Shown here piece by piece: positions 29,801 to 42,457 of a DNA stretch of 64,000 nucleotides. The position numbers and the translations under genes are program-made. The notes beneath the pieces were generated by a model. That model saw only the letters and a list, made by a program, of their open reading frames with translations, had not been told where the DNA came from and searched no databases. The DNA comes from Camelus dromedarius. Its lineage: Eukaryota. Each line of letters opens with the position of its first letter. Within the stretch, counting starts at the first letter, position 1. The DNA is taken from NCBI RefSeq assembly GCF_036321535.1, contig NC_087443.1:59706001-59770000 (forward strand). The letters are read 5' to 3'.

Positions 29801-30804
29801 TCCCGTGAAGTAGACACTGAAACAGTTACTCCCCGCTGTACAAATGAAGAGACTGAAGCTCAGTGTGTTTAATGACTTTCCCAAAGTCCCCTGGCTTGAC
29901 TGTGGTAGTCAAGAGATAAATCTAGGACACCTAGTTGAGTGTATGTTCTAGGGCCCACTCTGGGGATGGGAGGATATCAAGACTTCCAAGTGGGTTGAGA
30001 CAAGAATACTATCTATAATCACAGTTCCCTGGCTCCCTGAGTGGTAACACACAGTTGCTGTGACAGCACGCGGTCACTTTGGACAGCAGGACTGAGAAGC
30101 CCTATACTGCCAGGGAGAGGCCAGCCTCTTGCTCCAGACCCTAGCATGGGCCCTGGGGAGGAGCAGAACTGCTCAGACCAGGCATACCAGATTCCATCAT
30201 GCAGCTCCCCCTATGGAGACCTACGTCCACCCTGGGTTACACTAAATCCTGGCTGCTATCAGTAGCTTGCCAACCTCTGCTGGGACAAAGGCCCATGGAT
30301 ACTGCATGAAAGCCCAGTTTCTAGAGAAGAAGCCCTCAGGAATGTGTCTGATGCCCCCTAGGTTTCTAACCAAGGTCTGAGGGCCAGGCAGTTATCATTG
30401 GGAAACACCTCACTGTGCCCAAATAAAAGTCTTTCCTCTCCTGAGCTTTTGCTGTAGCATGTCTCCTAAGGGAACATCCCCCTTCCTCCATTTTTAGAAA
30501 CTTTATTCAGCCTTCAAAGCTTGCCACTTCTTTCTTTCACCCTTCTCCATCCCTTAGGCTTCCTCAGCACTTTTTTCCTACTAAGAGGCTTCTAATATTT
30601 TGCCTCTATAGTCCTTGAAGCTGTAGCCTGAGCAGCCAACCTTCTCCACGGTAAGAACGTGATTTCCATGAGACTTTTTAAATTCTGGACATAGTCCACA
30701 GAACCCCATTACTTCCTGGGGGCTCCAAATCAGGGCTCACTGGTTAGTGGCACCCATGAAATGTGATTGTCATCCTGCCATGAGTCCTGTCTCAACATCT
30801 CTAA

Positions 30805-31070
30805 TAACAGTAATATTTAACACTCACTGACTGCTTACAGTGTGCCAGGGATTGTTCTATGCACTTTACATGTACTCATTTAACTAATCCTCACAATTAC
30901 CCTAAAATATAGAAACTAATATTATCATGCTATCTCAATTACCCAAAAGAAAACAGATGCACTGAGAAGTTAAGTAACTTGCCCAGGACCACACACTAAG
31001 TTAACGGCGGATTTACACCCAGGCAGTCTGGCTCCAGAACCCTCACTGTAAACCGCCACTATATCACCTC
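30805..31070 (-). mobile_element. MIR SINE
   Basis: TGTGCCAGG...TAATCCTCACAA...AAGTAACTTGCCCAGGACCACAC. Confidence 0.75.
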
Positions 31071-31928
31071 TCATGATGCAAACGGCGAGTCCCCAGTCTG
31101 TATTCTGATCCTCCTCTCCTGCTTGGCTGGCCCTCTTGCCTACCTCAGAATCTTTGCTCACACCATTCTCCCCACTCATTATGTCTTTTCCTTTGCCTCT
31201 CATTCTGCAGGACTCACTTTCTCCCAGCAGCCACCGCAGACTGCCCCATCCTCACTGCCCCCAGCTGGCCTCAGAGTGTCCCCGGGACCAGACACAGGCC
31301 AGGACTCTCCAGATGCTCCATTTAGGCCTGGACAAATTTCAGTGAGATTGGGGTGAAACGCTGTTCCCCTGGGGTGGGGAGGTGCTCAAGGTGAAAGGTG
31401 AACAGAAGGCCATGTGGGGGCAGGAGTCCTGGGAAGCAGTGTGGAGTAAGTCCTGGTGCACTCAGAGGCTCTAGAATCTAATGAGGTCTTCACTGCTTCC
31501 CCCAGCTCCTACGAAGCCAGGCTCCTGGGGCCCTAGACCCATAATGCAGGTGCCAGACGACATTATTGTCCCCTGACCCCCAAGTCAGCTCTCAGAGGCG
31601 CCAAGGACATTGAGGGGTACAGGAATTCTGGCATCCAAAGTCAGGCGGGAGCACAAATGGGGGGCAGGGAGCGGGAGCACAGGAAGTGGGACCACGATGA
31701 TGGCCCACCCCTGAAGCGGGAGCTCCCTAAACAAACTAGCGGGGTACCCGTAAGGTTCACAATAGTGGGCCCAACGGCATAGGGATGAGGTTGCGGCCCT
31801 GGGGGACACATGACGAGGGAGGCCTGAGCAAGCTAGGATGTGCCATGATACAGGCCACAGAGAGAATCACAGATGGGGGTCCGGCGGGCCCCGGGGGGGT
31901 GCTGTGGGGAGACACACAGAACAGGTAC

Positions 31929-32210
31929 CCTGGGCCAAAGCTCTCCGCGACTCTCTTAGCCNNNNNNNNNNNNNNNNNNNNNNNNNNNNNNNNNNNNNNN
32001 NNNNNNNNNNNNNNNNNNNNNNNNNNNNNNNNNNNNNNNNNNNNNNNNNNNNNNNNNNNNNNNNNNNNNNNNNNNNNNNNNNNNNNNNNNNNNGAAGCGC
32101 CGTGGTAGCCATTTTTAAGAAGGGCAAATGCCCATAACAGGGCGTGGCCCCTGAGGCTATTCTCATTTGTCCCAGAGCTTTGAATGGGCTCCCGCGGCGG
32201 CCATTTTTGT
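31929..32210 (-). promoter_or_regulatory. CUEDC2: Probable CUEDC2 non-coding first exon and promoter (partly in N gap)
   Basis: Minus donor CCAGG|GTACCT at 31929/31928 in a CpG-rich patch; two YY1-type motifs (GCCATTTT 32108-32115, CGGCCATTTT 32198-32207) reading AAAATGGC on the minus strand. Confidence 0.55.
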
Positions 32211-34357
32211 ATAGGGTAAGGAGGAGTTAAGCGTGGGGATCCCTCCAATGGGTGGAGTCTCCGTGACTGCCCTCCTAATTCCTTGTCAGCTGCCCGACAC
32301 CGAGAATATTTTGACCCCACCCAGTGACTTACCATCTGCATTATTTCCTTGCCCCAAAATCTCCCCTCTAAAATTCTATAGCTTTCCCGCTCCTCTCCTT
32401 GTCTCTCCCATCCTTCCACAGGGCCGTGGCTCCCTTGTTGGTTCTGGTGGTCCCTACTCCTAGACCTGGTGTTCTTCACCAAATCCCAGTGTCTCTCCCT
32501 CTTCTGTGCAGTCTAGATTAAAGCCCTGTCATCCATCAATCTTAGGTGCCGACTTTCTCACCATATTCTGTCCCCTTTGCACTCCTTTAACAATGATGTT
32601 TCCCCAAGATTAGGGTTGGTTACAGGCTCTGGGTCTTGGGGCCGTGGAGCCTGGTTTGTATGGGGATCTGGGGTCGGAGGGCAGCAGGTGCTCAGAGTGA
32701 GGACTGATCTAAGTCCGGATCCAGGACGGCCAGCAGACCAAACCTACCCTAGTGCCTTCCTACCGGTGTTGGCAGGGCTTCTCATTCCGGACAGGACAGC
32801 TGAACTCCAGAACCCAGTAAGGCCTCGGCTTCTTCTTTCTGTTTCTGCTAGGGCAGCTTCCCGGTGCTACCCTATGGGGAAGCCCACAGCCTTCCCTTCC
32901 CAGGAAGCCTTCAGTGGGTCATGAGGGAAAGAGTTCCCTTCAAGGATAAGCTAGTCCACCCCCAGGCAGCAGAGATGAGCCCCCTTTCAGAGCTAGTCCC
33001 CTTATAGGGTGCTGGGGACCCAGAGAGTGTCCCTGCCTTCAGGAGCTCACAGCCCAAGGTAGAAAGTCCCATCCTCTCTTCTTCCATATGGACTTGAGGC
33101 AGTGTCTAAATATGGACAAAAATGGGATCACTGCGCCTTTTTCCAGTCCTGTCCCTCACTGCAGACTCCCACCTCCCCACCAGGGTCCTCTGGCCTCAAA
33201 GAGAGCAAGTTGGATGCTAGGGAGAGGGGGCAGGAAAGGGGAGAGACGAAGGAGGGAGCACCTCTGGCGTCGCGTCTCCCATAAAAGCACTGCTGCTGCC
33301 AGCCTGGCGCTGCTGGGGTTAATGAGGGGCGGGGTAACAGCCACTTTGAACTCTGGCCAAGCAGGCCCCTGGGAAGGGGGTGATGGGTAGCTGCCAGCCC
33401 TCTAAAGATTAGGCCATCTCACCACTCCCCAGCACCACCACCCCCAACCTATTGCACAATACTGATGTCTCGTCTCTCCCTACCACCCCCATTACGGGAA
33501 TTTTCAGGTTTCCTCAATAAAGCTGTCCCTAGTCCCAGCCCAAGACCCTTGTGGCCATCCCAGAGGCTGTGCTTTCCATCTCCCCCACTGCTTGTTCCTT
33601 GAATGGCAGAGGGATGTAGCTACATATTATCACTGGAAGGAAATTCCTGAGCTTTTGCCAGGGAAGGAATGATGGGAAAGACTTCTTAGGGGCAGTCCCT
33701 CAATTCCCAACTCAAACTCCAGAGGGTCTCAATTCTGTGCAGCAGGGGTAAGGTCCTGGAGTCAGAGGACAGAGGGTGGGCTGAAGAGAGGGGAACCACC
33801 ACAGACACAAGGACACACACAAACTGTAGGGCAGGGGCTCCAGGGAACACTTGTCCTGTTCAGCATTCCAGAGCTGGCCAGACCTTAAGCTCCCTCTGTC
33901 CCTTCAGGTCTCAGTCTCTCTCTCTCCACGGTGGAAACAAATTCTACCTACAGCTTTTGATGCTCCTTGAAGCCACAGGGGGTGAAAAAAGGTAGAGTGA
34001 TACCTGCTCTCTCCCCATTCCCGCATAGGAATTTTGCAGCTGATACTGGATTTCCTCAGCTGATGGGAAAAACTGGAAGACTTTGCTGAAGCTTCTCCCA
34101 GCACATTAATTACCCATCATCCAACTTTAGAATGAGGAATTGGGCTTGAATTAGGCATAAAGGGCAGATTTCCCAGAGATTAACATCAGAGAAAGAACCC
34201 AGCTGGCTGGTCTCAAGGTTGTGGGAGGGACTCAGAGACTGAGGTGAGGAAGGGGATGCTTCGAAGGATGGTGGGGCAAGAGGGGTGTCCCGGCTCCTGC
34301 TTGAGGTCAGAAAGGGTTCTCTGGGCAGGGTGCCCAGCCCTCCCACACCTTCCTTCT

Positions 34358-34486
34358 TTCTCAGAAGAGCCAGGATGGGGCGGGGGCGGGAGTTGGCTGG
34401 GGCGGGGTGGGGGCCCTATTTAAGGAGCAGTCTCTGAGAGCATCACTGCAGTTCCAGCTCCAGGAGGGAGAGAACAGGCTTCATGG
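34358..34486 (+). promoter_or_regulatory. Probable pri-miR-146b promoter and first exon
   Basis: GAS/STAT motif TTCTCAGAA 34358-34366, GC boxes 34377-34390 and 34399-34407, TATA-like TATTTAA 34417-34423, donor ATGG|GTGAGT at 34486/34487, ~700 nt upstream of the hairpin. Confidence 0.6.
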
Positions 34487-35183
34487 GTGAGTGTGGGCCC
34501 CTTTCTCTTAATCAAGCAGGGTTGGGGTAGGGTGGCTCCTGAGCCTGCCGGCTTGCCTTTTCCTCTCCAGGGATAGGCTGCAGCTCTGCCCTGTGAATGG
34601 GAATAGCACTCCAGCCCTCAATTTAATGCTCTAGAAATCAAAGTATGTTTCAGGCAAATCTTTCTCTTCCACTCCCTTCTCTATCCCAGGTACTTCAGAT
34701 CTCCACTTCAGGTGGGGAAATTTTTAGGGAGTTGGGATTCCTGGGCCTCTATCTTGGGGATCCACATTCGGGGGGGCCCCCTTTGGCTCAGGAATCCCCT
34801 CAGTCTCTAGAGGGATGTCCTTCTCAGTGTACATGTTCTGGCTTTTCCTCCAGCCCCTTGCCCATCCAGTCATCTGGCCCCACCAGAAGCACATCTGGAC
34901 AGGAGGTGATGGAACTAATTCTGCAGTGCCCATAGAACCCCTACCAAGGCCCTGAGCACCATCCCCTCGTATCCTACATCAATATCCTGTTGGAATTTAG
35001 AAAAAATTACTTGCCTCTGTCCCCAGCTATGGGCCCCTATTTTCAGCTCCAAGCTCAGATCCTCTGTGGGTTAGGAGGAATCTTGAGATTCCAGATTCCT
35101 CATCTGACCCATCCTGGGAATGGGAGAAAATTCACAGAAGACAGCATGGGAAGGCAGCATCAAGGCTGAGAGAACTTTGGCCA

Positions 35184-35256
35184 CCTGGCTCTGAGAACTG
35201 AATTCCATAGGCTGTGAGCTATAGCAAATGCCCTAGGGACTCAGTTCTGGTGCCCG
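35184..35256 (+). ncRNA. MIR146B: pre-miR-146b hairpin
   Basis: Mature 5p TGAGAACTGAATTCCATAGGCT at 35192-35213 and complementary 3p TGCCCTAGGGACTCAGTTCTGG at 35229-35250; syntenic position upstream of CUEDC2. Confidence 0.97.
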
Positions 35257-35369
35257 CTGTGCCGTACCTTCGATACTGAGACTACGGGGGAGCTGCTGGC
35301 TCAGGCTCACGGCGTCCCAGCCAGGCGCTCCAGGCATCCATCCTGCCACCGGCGAGATCTTTTAATAAC

Positions 35370-35800
35370 TTCAACTTGGGCTACTCTTTTTGTCAAAGAC
35401 TTCAATGGCTCCCCCACATTCCTTACCTTGTCATTAAAATCTTTCAAGTATGGCCTCCACTTACTTTCAAGCCTTATCTTCCACTGCTCCCTGGTTATAA
35501 CCTGCCCTCCAATGAAACTCTGCTACTTGCTGCTCCTGCTGCCATGCTTTTACTCATGCTGATCCCTCCTTAGTTCTTCTCAGGACACCTCCTTCCCATT
35601 GCTCTCTGTTGGAATCCTATACATCCTTCAAAGCCTCTCTGAGATGCCTCTTAGAAGAAGCTTCTCCAACCCCACAATGGTGCATATGATCTCCTACAAA
35701 TCCTCCACACTCCTCTTCCAGTGGGGCTCAATTCCTGAGTCCCAGAGGGTCTAGTCCAGTGTTCCGCACATAGTAGCTGTTCAATAAATGTTCCCTGCAT
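35370..35800 (+). mobile_element. L2 fragment
   Basis: Ends ...GTTCAATAAATGTT; contains CAAAGACTTCAATGGCTCCCC. Confidence 0.6.
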
Positions 35801-35829
35801 TTTGCTGAGGGTGTCTCATGTATGAAGAG

Positions 35830-36050
35830 ACAGTGTGGCCTAGCGGTTAAGACTATACAGATGTCCCAGGTGCATTCTCCGTGTGTGCCCTTAGGTAAAT
35901 TGTTAACTTCTATAGGCCTCAGTTTCCTGATCTGTAAATGGGAAAGTAGTTCCAACCACATCAAGGTGAAGATTAAATTAAATGATAGTTTCTGTACAGG
36001 GCTTTAGCACAGTGCTTGCACATAGAAAGTTCTCAGTTAAGTGTGTGAGG
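35830..36050 (+). mobile_element. MIR SINE
   Basis: GGCCTCAGTTTCCTGATCTGTAAATGGG...TTAGCACAGTGCTTGCACATAG. Confidence 0.75.
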
Positions 36051-36849
36051 TTATGGTTCTTCTTATCCCCCCTTAAGTAGAATGTGAGCTACCCAGCTGG
36101 GAGGCATGATAGGGCTTAAAATTGGTCAGACAGGGTTGATTGAGGGAAGGGCTCCTAACCAGATGCCACAGCTGGATAAGGCTAGGCAAGGCAAGGAGGA
36201 CAAGGCCATCAGGACCAGGGTTTGGTGGCCCAACCCCTGCTGGGATCTAGAAGCTCCGGATTCTCACCTACTGTGTGACCTTGGGTGAGTCACTCCTTCT
36301 CTCTGGCCTCAGTTTCCCAGCATAAGGTAAATTGAGGGGGTTGGACCAGGTGAACAGCAAGGTCCCTGGCAGCCCAGATGTTTTATGAGTTCTAAGCTTC
36401 TCAGGATTAAGTTCAAAGAAAAGATCAAAGGAAGAAACATCTAGTCTCCCTGTAGGGTTTCCTTACACCCATAGGGCTGGAGTAAGCACTGGGATTTGGA
36501 AGTAATGGCATGCTGGACTGAGCTGGGTGGCAGCACCTCCTTCAAAAAGCCTGTAATCAGAGGCCTCCTCCCTCACTGGGGCAGTGGGATAGGGGTAAAT
36601 TGTGTGAAGCCTCTGGGCATTACCAGGGCATAAGTGGAAGGGAAGAGGAGCAAAAGGGATCCTCAGAGATGGGGAAGTTGAGACTTCAAGGGTCTGGACC
36701 TGAGAGGATAGAGAAGAAAGGGAATTCAGAACACACCTTATTTGCTGTGAGACTCATGATTTACTTGAAACCTGCCCTGTTTCAAAAAAGGATTTGAGGA
36801 AGCTTACCAGTATGCAGACATTCTCCAAAATTAAAACATAAAATCTGTG

Positions 36850-37960
36850 AGATATTTTTATTTTTAGTTAGTAATTATTTCAAACTTACAGAAAAGTTGC
36901 CAAAATAGTGCAAAGAACTCTTGCTTACCCTTCTACCAGATTCACCAATTGTTAACCTTTTGCCATGTTGCTTCTCTAATCTATAGTCCTTATTCAGATC
37001 TTGCTACTTGTCCCAATACTGTCCTTCACAACAATTTTAATTCTGGTTCAGGATCCAAAACAGGATCATGCACTGCATTTAGTTTTCATGTCTCTTTAGT
37101 TTCCTTTGACCTGAAACAGTTTCTCAGCTTTCCTTTGTCTTTTATGACATTGACAGTTTGGAACAATTTTCTCTCAATTTAGGTTTATCTTATGCTTCCT
37201 CATAATTATGCCTTGCTGCTGAATTGATGTTGTGTTTTCTCAGGTTAACATATCAGAAAGCTTATGATGTCGATTTGTTTCTGCTAAAGAAAAAACTTTA
37301 AAGTCGCTCGTTAAAGACGGTAAGAAAGACTTTGCTTAAGAGGGACTCCTGCAATGGGATTAAAGTCTTATCCACCAGTTTTCCCTATTGTGCTACCAGG
37401 TTACTATTTTTAAATTTGTACTTAATAAACATCTCATTGGAACATATTTTGAAATGATATAAATATCTGGTTTCTCATGGTTTCAGCCATTAGTTTTAAT
37501 ATCCAGGAATAAGTCTCACCTCAATCAATTATTATTATGATGACTGGGAATGGTGATTTTCTAATTTAATTATTCCTTCTACTGTAAGGAAGAGCTTTCC
37601 TTTCATATGTATTTATTTAGTTAATACTTGTATGGACTTATGGATCCTTGTTTTATTCAGTAGGTTATAATCTGTTACTGTAATTATTTGTTTTGATGCT
37701 GAAATTGTCCCTGATTTGTTCAAAGTCCCTTCAAGCTGGCTCCTTTGTTCTTTTGACATTTTTGAGGAGTCCTTTATTTTCTGGCACAAGTTGTTCCAGG
37801 CTTATCTTGAACATTCCCTGCCACAGCCTTGGAATCAGCCATTTTCCCAAGGGGACAGGCTCCTTTTAGTGGAGAACGGAATTTAGAACCAAAAATCTGG
37901 GCACTGGCTGTGCTTGATGCTACTGGGGTGTCTGTTCAGTGATTGAATTTCTAATTCTAA
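36850..37960 (-). mobile_element. Old L1M-type LINE 3' region (boundaries approximate)
   Basis: AT-rich, decayed; TTCAAACTTACAGAAAAGTTGC is typical of antisense L1MC/L1ME 3' ends. Confidence 0.65.
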
Positions 37961-38019
37961 GACTTTAGATTCCACAGTTTAATACTTGTATATGTGCACA
38001 AAGATGCATATTCAAGGAT

Positions 38020-39020
38020 GTTTATTTTCTCATCATCCTCACTAACTCCAAATAAGACCAAGCCATTATCTTTATTTTTTGCCCATATTACTTCCAAAGC
38101 CTCCTAACTGGTCTATTTCCACCATGGTCCCTCTACAGTCTCTTTCCTGCACAATGTCCAAAATAATTTTTTAAAAACCTGATCCCATTTCCCCCTGCTC
38201 ATAACTCTCTATCTCTAAGAAGAAAATCCAAAAATCTCTGCGTGGCTTCAAGGTGCCACAGGATCGAGCTTCATCTCTAACCTCATTAACTGTCACTTTC
38301 CCACTCACTCACAGGACAAGAACACTCCAGCCACAAGGTTGTTGTACTTGCTTTTCTCCCCCAGGTATTCAAATGGCTTGTAAAGGTCTTTATTAGGTCT
38401 CTACTCAAGAGTCACCTCTTCAGAGAAGCCTTCCCTAACCATCCTATTGAAAACAGCACTCCATCACTTATCACTATTTGACATTACATTGTGTATTCAC
38501 CCATTTGCTTGTTGTCAGTCTCTTTCTCTACATTATACCTCTAAAGTAAGCTCCCTCACGGCAGGGAGTTGTTTGGTTTTCTCCTGTAATGTCAGTGCCT
38601 AGAATACTGCCTGGCAGGCATATTGTGGGTTCCATGCCTGTCAAGTGAATGAAGATAATTTTCACTCCTCGGGGACTTTACACTCACCATGCCCTCTACC
38701 TGGCTTCCTCTCACACTTTTCTCTGCATGGCTAGCTTCTTCATATTTTTTAGATTGCAGCTTAAATGTCACCTCCTCACAGAAGCCTTCCCTGATTACCT
38801 TATTCTAAGTTCTGCTACTCCACTCACATTTTCTATTTCAGCCTCTTAGTCGTACTTGTAACAATTGCTCTTTATCTATTTGCCTGTTGCCCCATCCCCA
38901 CGTCTCCCTACTAAAATGCAAGCTCTGTAAGTACAGAGACTGCCAGAGTTGTTTCATTCACTACTGTATCCTCAGGGACTAGAGCAATCCCTGGCAAATA
39001 AAAGGCACTCAAGAAATCTG
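38020..39020 (+). mobile_element. L2 fragments
   Basis: CCTCCTAACTGGTCT, AGAAGCCTTCCCT (twice), TTCACTACTGTATCCTCAG...GGCACTCAAGAAAT. Confidence 0.65.
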
Positions 39021-39058
39021 TTGGGTGGACTTTCAATAGCTAAAAACTTTGGAAAGAA

Positions 39059-39542
39059 CCCCAGTGCCTTTCTATGAGACTTTGGATTCTTCTGACTTCT
39101 CTCCTGCTCTCTGCTCTCCCTAAGCTTTTTCTTCCTCCCTTAGGGAAAACCTGGGGTCCAAAGCCCTTTTTGTTTGAGAAAAAGGAAAGGCCCTTTGCCA
39201 TGTTCCCTAAAGATGACTGAATAGCTAAGTTTTACACCTTGACATGTTTTGGTGGAAGCAAGATTACAAAGAGTAAAGAAAATCTTCCTTCCTCTCTCCC
39301 TAAGTGGACATGGGAAGCTCCTGGGAGTCCATGAGAAGGGATGGGGTTGGAGTCATTCCTGGCTGTTTCCTCTCTTCTCCCTTCCACATGCTGGACCACC
39401 TCAACATATCCTGGCTCCAAGGGTAAGTCAGGGACAGAGCCGTGGAGAAAACCACCAAGAACTCTTGTAAGCAAGACCCAGTTTGGGGAAGTTCAGTGAA
39501 TATGAAAATAAAAGCCATTTGAACTTTAAAAAAAAAAAAAAA
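39059..39542 (+). mobile_element. Retroposed polyadenylated non-repeat fragment (5'-truncated retrocopy or orphan transduction)
   Basis: AATAAA 39507-39512, A15 tail 39528-39542, 17-bp TSD AAAAACTTTGGAAAGAA at 39042-39058 and 39538-39554. Confidence 0.8.
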
Positions 39543-39554
39543 CTTTGGAAAGAA

Positions 39555-39830
39555 TCCAAATGCTATAAAATATTGGGTGGCTGTTAAAAGAGTAAGGTAA
39601 CTCCATGTGCACTGGCAGGAAATGATGTCCAAGATATACTTAATGTAAAATGCCACAGACCAAACACTGTAATTCCTTTTATGTAATTAATACTATGTAC
39701 AGAGAAAAAGAGGAAAAAATACTAGATTGGACCTCACAGTGATCATTTGAGGGTAAGGGATATTAGAAAAGATATTAACTTCCTATTTCACACATTTCTG
39801 TATTGTAAACTACTTTTTAAAAACAAACAC
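39555..39830 (+). mobile_element. Ancient L1ME-like 3' fragment
   Basis: Resembles the L1 ORF2-end/3' UTR (GCTGTTAAAAG, ATGTCCAAGATATAC, TTTCTGTATTGT). Confidence 0.5.
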
Positions 39831-41033
39831 TAACACTTCAGCATTTAATACATGCCAGACACTGTAGTAAACATTTTGTGTGTAGGATTTCATGGCATCT
39901 TCTCAATAACTTTATGAGATAGGTCCTAATACCATCATCCCCATTTACAAGGAGGAAATTGGTTCAGGAGCATTAAATTATTTACCTAAGGTCACACAGG
40001 AGAGCCATCACACCTTCCTGTGTTTTATAATTTAAAAAAAAAAAACAAGGAAGGAAAATAAGTTGGAGACTAGGGATAACAGTTCAGGACCCAGGTTTTA
40101 CACAAAAATGCTAAGCAAATTTGGCTCTGAGCCCCCTAGAAACCAGGGCAAAGAGAAAACTATGATCAGTTATGAGATCCTTGGTACTTCAAAGATAAAA
40201 GCAAACAACTCATCAGGAGAAATATCTTTACCAAGTGCTGAGGTTTAACAGAACTTCTCTTTGAAGCTCATAAACACAGTAGTGTTCAATCAACTGATCT
40301 ACAGCTTCAATAATATACCTGTAAACCCAGGTAGCTGTTGGCCAAATACAAATGGAAGTTCAGTAAAAGCAATTCCATGAGGAGCCAAATTTATACAGCC
40401 TAGGCATCAGATCTGGTGATCTGGCTAGACCCGTAGTTAAAACTGGATGTGTGGCCTAACCCTCTAGCAAACTCCTTGAATAGTGCAAATTCAGCCTATT
40501 AAAGACTGTTAGCAAGAATTAGGAAACAAGAAGTGACAATCATTTTAAATTTCAACCCTAGTAAATTTTCCAGGTAGGCCAGGTTGGTTTGATGCTTCTT
40601 TTACAGATGAAGAAACTGAGGCTCAGAGAGCCTAGTTACACGACTAGAAAATGTCTGAGCAAGCCCTAAATCTATGTCTTAGGCATCCCTTCTTCAGCCA
40701 TGCCTGCTATCCACACTTCAACAAAATAGTTTGTGCCCTCAGAATCTCTCTGTGGGTGGTGGGCCTCAGGACCTAGGAGAGTGTCCTCCTGTACTGGGAG
40801 TGCTGGTTAAGAGGGCAGCTAGGTCCAGCCAGTGAGGAAGCACACTTTTTTCAGAGGTCCACTCTAATCCTCACCTCCCCAACTCCTGTACTCCAAGACA
40901 GGAAGTAAGGCTCACCTTACACTGATGAAGAAACTCTACAGGAACCATACCACAATAAAGGTGTTAAAAAAGAAAAAAGAAACACCCCCACCCCCAAACA
41001 GAATGATCTTGAAGCCTACAATTGACTTCGCTA

Positions 41034-41039
41034 TTTATT
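41034..41039 (-). terminator. Probable C10orf95-like polyadenylation signal AATAAA
   Basis: TTTATT on plus strand, ~450 nt after the stop codon. Confidence 0.6.
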
Positions 41040-41491
41040 CACTTTTCATTACAAGCTGGGGATAGGTGGGCCCTCAGCTTGAGGAGTTCCAGGAGCTTTC
41101 CTAGAGGGAGGAGAAGAAAAAGGGAAAGTGAGGGCTGACTGCCGGGCAGGCTTCAAAGGGAAAGAAGGGGAGGAGGAGGGAGTGGAAACGAAACAAAGGG
41201 TTCAGGCCCTCCTTCCACCACACACCCAGGCTTCCCAAGCAAAAGTAGAAGCAAGGAGTAATAGGACACCCACCCAGAGATGTCCTTGATCCCCCCCTGG
41301 CCATTTCCCCACCAACTAGCAATAACCTGAGAGAAATCAAGTAAGTGCAGGAGGTGCGCGGTGGGGGAAGAAAAAGAAGAAGAAAAAACAAAACGAAACA
41401 GGTGACAGGTGCACCCAGCCACGGCGCACAGTTGCGGCGCAGCTGCAGCGTGCGTGCTCACCCGGGTCAGCCGCCGGGCCCCGCGGCGCCC

Positions 41492-42151
<660 letters not shown>

Positions 42152-42264
42152 AGTCTGAAGCTCAGGTGGCAGGTATTGTCACTGGGGCCTCGTCCTGGTC
42201 CAGACCTGGGGTAGAGATGGGGGCTGGATACATTTTGTTCTTATCTCCACCACCGTCCCTGCAG

Positions 42265-42457
42265 CCTGGTAACCCGGGGTCTAGTTCACAGTAGGAGCCC
42301 CTGCGTGCGTGCCTATGGCTTTGAGGAACTCTTCCTAAGGAGTTCAGCTCCCACCTCACCTCTTGGCCCAGGAGTGGGCCCGAACCCCAGGCTCCCAGCA
42401 GGCAAGAAGCACCCAAGATGTTTTTACAAGCCCTCAGTCCTGAAATGCTCTTCCCAG
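42265..42457 (+). ncRNA. Internal exon of an antisense lncRNA (RPARP-AS1/C10orf95-AS1-like)
   Basis: Acceptor tccctgcag| at 42264, donor CCAG|GTAAGT at 42457/42458, upstream donor ATCAA|GTAAGT at 41340/41341. An antisense lncRNA at this human locus is recalled; exon orthology is not verified. Confidence 0.45.
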
